In this document: positions 57,876 to 64,000 of the stretch, in pieces
How the letters are laid out: every line of letters starts with the position of its first letter
How positions within the stretch are numbered: position 1 is the stretch's first letter
Source: an uncultured archaeon
GTDB taxonomy: Archaea; Iainarchaeota; Iainarchaeia; Iainarchaeales; VGJJ01
DNA: 64,000 bases
Direction: 5' to 3'
Assembly (NCBI GenBank): GCA_964480125.1
Contig: CAYZNV010000001.1
Span: 3,736 to 67,735 of the forward strand
The notes under the pieces: generated by a model
What the model was told of the DNA's origin: nothing
What the model saw: only the letters and a program-made list of their open reading frames with translations
The model's database searches: none
Made by a program: the position numbers and the translations under genes

Positions 57876-59399
57876 TTAGTTATAGATTGGGTAGCAGCTG
57901 TTGGCGCTGAAATTCAAGGTCTGGCTTCCATTCGCTGGAACGGAAATCACAAACTCAAATGTCTGCGCATCCTTCACCGTGTAGGGGAAGTTATTGTTGC
58001 TAATCGTAGTATCCCCATACGTGTGTTCTACTACCTTCACGCTTTCCGCCTTGGATTTGGCATTAGTCAATTTGACTTCTACGCGATTCAAGGTACAATT
58101 CTTGGAAGGATAACTCGTGTCCAAGACCTTTCTTTCTCCACGAACATCGAACACTTCACCGATGTCCAATTTTACTTCTTTGTCTGCGGGAGTGTTATCA
58201 ACGCTATCTTCTCCCACAAAGGTCTGGCCGAAATTAGCAACGGAGGCATACACACGAGCTGTTCCCGCGGGCAATGCAACGCCTAATCCCTTGGACTTTT
58301 CATTCTTGAAAGTCAGTGTTGCTTGAACGGCCCCAGCGGAATAGGAATCAAAGACCAATTCACGCGTCACGGGAATATTCTCTGCCTCCAAGAGGTTCAA
58401 CTGCTGAGAAGAATGACTCTTGATGGTAGTGGGAAAAGCCAAGTCATAGCGATGATACTCACTCACGCCAGCGGAATCAAATGCCGGTGCAGGAGCCGAA
58501 GCCTCAGCCGTTGCTCCGCCATATCCATCCGAGTACAGGGCTTTCTCGCGATAATAGTAAGGAGAGACCGAGAGCGCACGATTAATCGTCCCCGCTACGA
58601 GGCTCAACTTAGCGTTATCGAAGGCAAAGTCCGTATTATTAGAGACATCCGCCCACGCGCGCAAATCAATCGAGGAAGTGTCCTCATCATAGTCAATGGC
58701 ATAATTGGTCTGCCAATCCACGCCATTCGTGAGATATGAAAGATTCAGGGACTGGGTTCCAGGAGACGTAGAACGAATATCCCACACCAACGAAGGCTGC
58801 GTGCTCAAATTAGAAGAATCCGAGAAGCGCGTGCTCACAATACTACTGCGCGCAATGCTCTGAATCCCATTCGAAGTCTCGAGGATGATGTCCCCTTGAT
58901 AGGAGCGCAGGATGCCCGTAACTTCTTGCACGGTGCTGCCATTATCAATGGAGAGCGTAATGCTCTTACCCAAGTGGCGTTGGAGTAATGCCTCGGAGGA
59001 AAAAGTGTCAAAGAGATATTCTTGCTTCAGAATTTGGGTTCCGGGATTGGAAGCCAACACAAACACGCTCGCAGGAATAATCTGGGAAGGAATCTGTGTG
59101 AACGAAATAGAATTTTCTCCCGAAGTCAGTTGCGCATCAAAGGACTGCGAGACGCTGGCGAGATTGCCATTATAGATCGTCAGATAGGGAGAAGCAGAAG
59201 CCGACTGGAAATTCGCCTGCTGCGAGGAATCAGCGAAATTGGAATAGACGAGGCGCGGTTGCGCTGCGGGAAGGATGGGGTTATCCAGCGTGAACTCATT
59301 CTGGAAAACAAAAATAACCGCTGCGATAACGGCCAATCCCACGATGGCAGCAGCGAGCATGGGGATTGGTTTTTTGGAGGAAGAAGGTTTAGTAGTCAT
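57876..59399 (-). CDS. Membrane-anchored extracellular protein (possibly DUF4139-like)
   Basis: MTTKPSSSKKPIPMLAAAIVGLAVIAAVIFVF signal anchor. About 500 aa, beta-rich, S/T/N-rich. Confidence 0.45.
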   Translation of the reverse strand: MTTKPSSSKKPIPMLAAAIVGLAVIAAVIFVFQNEFTLDNPILPAAQPRLVYSNFADSSQQANFQSASASPYLTIYNGNLASVSQSFDAQLTSGENSISFTQIPSQIIPASVFVLASNPGTQILKQEYLFDTFSSEALLQRHLGKSITLSIDNGSTVQEVTGILRSYQGDIILETSNGIQSIARSSIVSTRFSDSSNLSTQPSLVWDIRSTSPGTQSLNLSYLTNGVDWQTNYAIDYDEDTSSIDLRAWADVSNNTDFAFDNAKLSLVAGTINRALSVSPYYYREKALYSDGYGGATAEASAPAPAFDSAGVSEYHRYDLAFPTTIKSHSSQQLNLLEAENIPVTRELVFDSYSAGAVQATLTFKNEKSKGLGVALPAGTARVYASVANFGQTFVGEDSVDNTPADKEVKLDIGEVFDVRGERKVLDTSYPSKNCTLNRVEVKLTNAKSKAESVKVVEHTYGDTTISNNNFPYTVKDAQTFEFVISVPANGSQTLNFSANSCYPIYN

Positions 59400-59467
59400 A
59401 CTCTCCACTAAGAATGGGGCTTTTAATATGCATATCGGCATGCATAGGCAATAGCCTGGGAAATACT

Positions 59468-60880
59468 ATGTGTTCCATCATCGCAATCCATTCAACAAAA
59501 CCCATTCCAAGCAGCGAAATCATTCATTACGCCCAACGCCTGCGCCACCGCGGACCGGATGGGATTGGATTCGCAGGGGAAACACTCCAATGCTTTTCAC
59601 GCACCTATGAAAGCACAGCGCTAAAAAATCTCAGCACCACCTCGCCATGGTGGATCGCCAATGGGCTGCTGTCCCTCACGGGAAAAGGAAGCCCCCCCTA
59701 CACTCGCGCAACGCACAAAGGAAATATCACGCTAGCACACAATGGAGAAATATACAATTACCACGAGCTCGCCAAGAAATACTCCATCCCCATTTCAAAG
59801 GACAGCTCGGACGCGGAATTGCTATGCGCGCTCATCGCAAAATGGAGCGAAAAACAACCCATTGCTCAAATTGCCACACGACTCCAGCAGGAAGTACGTG
59901 GGAGTTATGCGCTGGCGATTCAATTCCAAGAAAAAACATATGCATTCCGCGATGCACTGGGAAAAAAACCCATTTGGGTAGCGGAAGAAAAAAATAAAAT
60001 CATATTTTCCTCAGAACCCATTCATCCACGTGCGTTTTTGCTTCCTCCCACTCAACTCGCAACCGCGCAAAAGGGAAAATTACACCTCACTCCAATTATT
60101 CCCCATAAAAAAATCACCTCACACTCACTCGCACAGGAATGGAAGGAAAGCATGGCGCTTCGCACGAATGGGAAGCAGCGCATCGCCGTCAGCTTTTCAG
60201 GAGGAATCGATTCCGCGCTTGTCGCTTATACTGCCAAGCAACTCGGAAAAAAAGTCATTGGAATCGGCGTCGGAATCAAGGGAAGCCATGATGAAATCCA
60301 AGCCCGAAAAGCCGCAAAAGAAATTGGAATCACACTCAAGTGGAAAACACTCACAACAAAAACAATCCACCAACTAGCCAAAGAAGTGACGCACATCCTG
60401 CAGACGCAAGACCAGCTCCAGCAGCGCATTGGCATTGTCAATGCGGCAACCGCCCACTATGCGCACCAACTGGGATTCCGCTTCTTGCTCTCTGGAACGG
60501 GAGCCGATGAACTCTTTTGTGGGTATGGGGAGTTTGAACGCATGCGAGGAGAAAAAAAAGAAATCAACAAATTACGAGAAAAACGCATGCACGAAATGTG
60601 GAAACAAAATCTTTGGAGAGAAGACGCATGCACTATGCGATTTGGCGTAGAGCTACGCACCCCCTACTTGGACCAATCATTCGTAGCTGCTGCGCTTGCA
60701 ATCCCTGCGTGGGAGAATTTAGAAGGAGAAAATGGAACGCTACGCAAGAACGCACTCCGCCGCCTCGCAATCACAGAGGGATTACCCAGAGAAATAGCGA
60801 TGCAACCCAAGAAAGCCATGCAATATGGAAGTGGTGTCGCAAAGGTAATGGAAAAAAACATTACGTCAAAACATGACTGA
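59468..60880 (+). CDS. asnB: Asparagine synthetase (glutamine-hydrolysing), AsnB family
   Basis: N-terminal Met-Cys (MCSIIAIHS) Ntn amidotransferase domain. SFSGGIDSALVA PP-loop. Confidence 0.8.
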   Translation: MCSIIAIHSTKPIPSSEIIHYAQRLRHRGPDGIGFAGETLQCFSRTYESTALKNLSTTSPWWIANGLLSLTGKGSPPYTRATHKGNITLAHNGEIYNYHELAKKYSIPISKDSSDAELLCALIAKWSEKQPIAQIATRLQQEVRGSYALAIQFQEKTYAFRDALGKKPIWVAEEKNKIIFSSEPIHPRAFLLPPTQLATAQKGKLHLTPIIPHKKITSHSLAQEWKESMALRTNGKQRIAVSFSGGIDSALVAYTAKQLGKKVIGIGVGIKGSHDEIQARKAAKEIGITLKWKTLTTKTIHQLAKEVTHILQTQDQLQQRIGIVNAATAHYAHQLGFRFLLSGTGADELFCGYGEFERMRGEKKEINKLREKRMHEMWKQNLWREDACTMRFGVELRTPYLDQSFVAAALAIPAWENLEGENGTLRKNALRRLAITEGLPREIAMQPKKAMQYGSGVAKVMEKNITSKHD

Positions 60881-61466
60881 CTTCCACAATAGAAGGGGAA
60901 GGAATATTATCACTCACCATCACACGGCATGAAGAAGAAGGCGCATCCCAACTCAGCACAATCAGCTTATTCAGTGTAAAAGGAAAAGCCAATTGATGCA
61001 ACCTTCCATTACTCGCTTGCTTGGAACACGTGAGCGAGACCAATACATCCTGCCCTGAGATGACATCCCCATACGGCGCACAAGCAGAACCACACGCACT
61101 ACTTTCAAGGGAAGGAGAAATAATGGCTTGGCAATTCACATCCAACTGCTGCTGGAGAAAGAGATTCACATCATTCCAGCGCAACCCCACTGCCGCGGAG
61201 AAATCCGCGCCCACAGGACCATTCGGACACGTTGCAGCGGAAAAAGGACCACTCATCTGCACATCCATCGCTTCCGCAATCGCATCCGAGGCAAATTGAG
61301 AATACGCCTGCCGTGCGAGTGACCACTCCTTGGAAAGAGACTGCTGCACAATCAACGAGCGCATCGACTCCTGCTCTGAAATCACTTGGCTCTGCTGCGC
61401 ATAGAAGATGGCAATCAACAGAATGACCGCCATCCCCACTACAACGGTAGAAAAAAAGCCCCTCAT
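60861..61466 (-). CDS. Class III signal peptide (pilin-like) protein
   Basis: MRGFFSTVVVGMAVILLIAIF. Cys-rich C-terminal domain. Confidence 0.4.
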   Translation of the reverse strand: MRGFFSTVVVGMAVILLIAIFYAQQSQVISEQESMRSLIVQQSLSKEWSLARQAYSQFASDAIAEAMDVQMSGPFSAATCPNGPVGADFSAAVGLRWNDVNLFLQQQLDVNCQAIISPSLESSACGSACAPYGDVISGQDVLVSLTCSKQASNGRLHQLAFPFTLNKLIVLSWDAPSSSCRVMVSDNIPSPSIVEVSHVLT

Positions 61467-61771
61467 GGCATCGCCTCGCAGGATTGTAATATAGACCAAC
61501 TACTTGGAAGAGAAGGAAGTTGGAGTGAAGTAGAAGAAACACGCTCGAATACAGAGGCACACGCAAACGCGCCCGCCGTGGAAGGAATCGGAGGAGTTGC
61601 TCCTCCCCCAAAGACACGCATCAACGCAGCATCCCGCGCATGCATCGAAAGCACGGCATCCGCGGAAGAAGGGCTCGAAGACTGCTGCAGGGCGAAACCA
61701 ATCAACACCAGCGCAGCCATAATCGCCGTGGCGGCAAACACCATGTCCAACGAAAAAATAAAACCCCGCAT
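61463..61771 (-). CDS. Class III signal peptide (pilin-like) protein
   Basis: MRGFIFSLDMVFAATAIMAALVLIG. Confidence 0.4.
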   Translation of the reverse strand: MRGFIFSLDMVFAATAIMAALVLIGFALQQSSSPSSADAVLSMHARDAALMRVFGGGATPPIPSTAGAFACASVFERVSSTSLQLPSLPSSWSILQSCEAMP

Positions 61772-62325
61772 TAGGAATCCCTCCACACGGAAATGCGAAC
61801 GGACTGGATATTGTTGGGACACCCATTCACAAAGCAACTCGAAATCATCCCCGCGCTCGGATTCGAAGCAAAAATGAGCATATTGCGATCCACCGAAGCA
61901 AACGCCTTATTCGCAGGAACCTGTTGCCCTGAAGGAAGCACGAATGGGGGATTAGAGAATGCAATGAGAAAACCATACCCAGCAGGAATGCCCAATCCAG
62001 AAGAAGAAATGGAATAATTTTTGGAGGAATCAAACCACGCGCAGTTTTCCACCCAGGAAATATCATTATGCGCCGCCCATTCAGCAGGAGCGCAGCGCAG
62101 GTTCACTACTCCAACGCCATCGCTCGCGGAAAGAATGGGGTTACTCACCAGCGCATTCGAGGCCAGCAAGCTCATCGCATGCAACTCCGCGGTCTCACGC
62201 GATTGATGCTGTGAGGAAATCCATAACTCGGATTGACCCAAAAGAAGGCCGAGCACCAATGTGAAAAGAACCGCCCCTAGGATAATGTCAAGAGAAAATA
62301 ATTGCCCGCGCTGCGAAGCCATCAT
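61771..62325 (-). CDS. Class III signal peptide (pilin-like) protein
   Basis: MMASQRGQLFSLDIILGAVLFTLVLG. Confidence 0.45.
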   Translation of the reverse strand: MMASQRGQLFSLDIILGAVLFTLVLGLLLGQSELWISSQHQSRETAELHAMSLLASNALVSNPILSASDGVGVVNLRCAPAEWAAHNDISWVENCAWFDSSKNYSISSSGLGIPAGYGFLIAFSNPPFVLPSGQQVPANKAFASVDRNMLIFASNPSAGMISSCFVNGCPNNIQSVRISVWRDS

Positions 62326-62828
62326 GGAACCACGCTCACGGGGAGATCACACGAATCCAATACCACTCGCGACGGAGACGCAGGAATGGTTTGAGGGACA
62401 AATGCGGGAAAGGAAAGAGGAAGAAAAACAGGAAATGAAACCACTACATCACGAGAAAAAGAGGTCTCGGCAGAAGAAAGAGACAACACCACATTCGCAT
62501 CCGCACTCGCGAGCGAACGCTCAAGCGAGGGAATACACGACAAGGATTGTTCTTGTCCAAAGCTACGCGGGGAAAATAACTCCTCTTGACTCGCAAAAAA
62601 AGCAAATGGACGATAGGCTGCTTGAGCAGGAGCCGGGGGAAAATACCACCCTGCCTGCGTGAGCAAAAAAGAAACACTACGCGCGTTCGCATGCAATTGG
62701 GATTGTGTTGTGAGCAATCCCTGCGATGACATGAAACGCGATTGCACGGAAGAAAAGACCGCCAGCACCGTGAGAAGAAAAACAATGGCCAGCACCATAT
62801 CCATCCCACTCTGTCCACGCGCGCGCAT
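62322..62828 (-). CDS. Class III signal peptide (pilin-like) protein
   Basis: MRARGQSGMDMVLAIVFLLTVLAVF. Confidence 0.4.
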   Translation of the reverse strand: MRARGQSGMDMVLAIVFLLTVLAVFSSVQSRFMSSQGLLTTQSQLHANARSVSFLLTQAGWYFPPAPAQAAYRPFAFFASQEELFSPRSFGQEQSLSCIPSLERSLASADANVVLSLSSAETSFSRDVVVSFPVFLPLSFPAFVPQTIPASPSRVVLDSCDLPVSVVP

Positions 62829-62865
62829 GCATAGGTGCAAGGAAGAGCCGTATTTAATGCTGATT

Positions 62866-63246
62866 TCAGACGAGGCGCAAGGGAATACGCTTCCCCTTTG
62901 CGTTGAACGCGCGCACGCTAGATGGAGTATAAGGATACGCCAGGATGAGATGGAACTCCCCCATCCGAGAAAAAGTCATCAAATCCTGGGAAGAAGGATA
63001 GGGAGAAGGAGTGGGATGCGAGTGCACCGTACCCACAATCAATGGATCAAAGGGAATCAACTCCGAGTGGAGCGCAGCATAGTCTCTTCCTGAAATCGCG
63101 GGAATCACCACTACCTCTCCCACCACCAAACTATCCCTTTCGAGCGTGGAAAGAAGCGCAATAAATTCATTCGGGTGCGCACGCTTCGAGGCGTGCAACA
63201 AATCCTTCAACAGGATGGAGGAAATCATCCATTCTTTTTGGGGCAT
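62866..63246 (-). CDS. Minimal JAMM/MPN+ zinc metalloprotease (desampylase/deubiquitinase-like)
   Basis: GEVVVIPA... then VHSHPTPSPYPSSQD gives an exact HxH-x7-S-x2-D. About 126 aa, as in stand-alone archaeal JAMMs. Start set at MPQKEW to avoid a 165-nt overlap. Confidence 0.6.
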   Translation of the reverse strand: MPQKEWMISSILLKDLLHASKRAHPNEFIALLSTLERDSLVVGEVVVIPAISGRDYAALHSELIPFDPLIVGTVHSHPTPSPYPSSQDLMTFSRMGEFHLILAYPYTPSSVRAFNAKGKRIPLRLV

Positions 63247-63263
63247 ACCACACGCTACACCGC

Positions 63264-63995
63264 TCAAGAATAAAACCACACAATAGGGGGAATCAACACC
63301 AACAACCCCAGCGAGGGAAAAACACCCCATTCGTGCGCGGCACGCGACCACGCCAGGGCCGCAACCACCAGCAATAGCGTGGAAGCACTCCCCAAAAAAA
63401 TGAGCGCCACCACATGCAAGAAAGACCAAAAAGAAAGAGGAAGAGAAAAAGAAAACAACGGAAGCAATTGCTCAAATCCCCACGCCATAAACACCCCACT
63501 TACGATGACCAAAAAAATTTCATTCCAACCCAGCGCAGTACTCGATAACAATTCTGCCGGAACGCTCCGGATTTTACCCGAGAGAGCCACATAGCCCAAA
63601 CTAAAAATAAGATTAGCAATCCCCATGAAAGGAGAAAAGTGCGGCGAACCCCACCATACTCCCATTAATCCCGGACCCAACCCCGGAAGAATCCCAAGAA
63701 TCACCCCCACCACACTTTCACGCAGTGGATGCAATTCCTCTGCGGCGTGGGGTTGTCTTTGCTCCACGCTTGAAAAGCCAAATAATCCCAACAGCAACGC
63801 CGGAAGCGCAAGAGGGATCGCCCACACATGCAAGGAAAACCACCCCAACACTAGTGCTAACACCCCACACCCAATCACTAGGATGCGCGCCCTACCCCCG
63901 TGTGAAGAAAAGAACAACACCCATAGCACAGCCACCACCAACAGCGGGGCAATGATTCCTTCTACCAAAAACAAAAACGGTAAAGCCCATTCCAC
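63264..63995 (-). CDS. Polytopic membrane protein (7-8 TM) containing no Asp residues
   Basis: 243 aa, hydrophobic throughout. Immediately upstream of the JAMM gene and the four-pilin run. Confidence 0.45.
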   Translation of the reverse strand: MEWALPFLFLVEGIIAPLLVVAVLWVLFFSSHGGRARILVIGCGVLALVLGWFSLHVWAIPLALPALLLGLFGFSSVEQRQPHAAEELHPLRESVVGVILGILPGLGPGLMGVWWGSPHFSPFMGIANLIFSLGYVALSGKIRSVPAELLSSTALGWNEIFLVIVSGVFMAWGFEQLLPLFSFSLPLSFWSFLHVVALIFLGSASTLLLVVAALAWSRAAHEWGVFPSLGLLVLIPPIVWFYS

Positions 63996-64000
63996 TAAAC

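Noticed and set aside
57390-58286. 298-aa plus-strand ORF overlapping the lrp region and the extracellular-protein gene
   Set aside because: Runs through two intergenic elements and a terminator and is antisense to a confident gene. No motifs.

Overview
Archaeal chromosomal segment, judged from its gene content. The gene map is dense and mostly housekeeping, with a strong DNA-replication signature: PriS with Gins51, PriL, two PCNA paralogues, RFC large subunit, Orc1/Cdc6 and topoisomerase IA. Other recognisable genes are aIF2-alpha, RpoL with Csl4, LonB, Cdc48, RNase Z, the wyosine enzymes Taw3 and a Taw2/Trm5-like methyltransferase, asparagine synthetase, an Lrp regulator and a SERCA-type P-type ATPase. 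TATA-like boxes sit about 25-30 nt upstream of many start codons, and several genes carry a GGTGA ribosome-binding site. Accessory content is larger than expected. A partial S-layer-like gene lies at the window start. A six-gene secreted-protein island at 34.5-40.3 kb includes a 909-aa HExxH zinc metalloprotease. Two clusters of proteins with archaeal class III (type IV pilin-like) signal peptides lie at 47.9-50.4 kb and 60.9-62.8 kb; the second is arranged with a minimal JAMM/MPN+ metalloprotease and an Asp-free polytopic membrane protein. A 399-aa lysine-rich tandem-repeat protein with an HMG-box-like motif is paired with a zinc-ribbon protein. Many proteins carry A/S/P- or R/P-rich low-complexity insertions. 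The most unusual non-coding signal is a three-copy composite intergenic element at 42.3, 47.7 and 57.8 kb. Each copy is a covarying palindrome followed by the conserved motif TTCTCGG-N5/6-CGGACGAAA(A)C; one copy sits in the orc1/cdc6 upstream region and resembles an archaeal origin recognition box. No rRNA, tRNA or CRISPR array was found. All functional calls are from motif recognition by eye and need HMM or BLAST confirmation.
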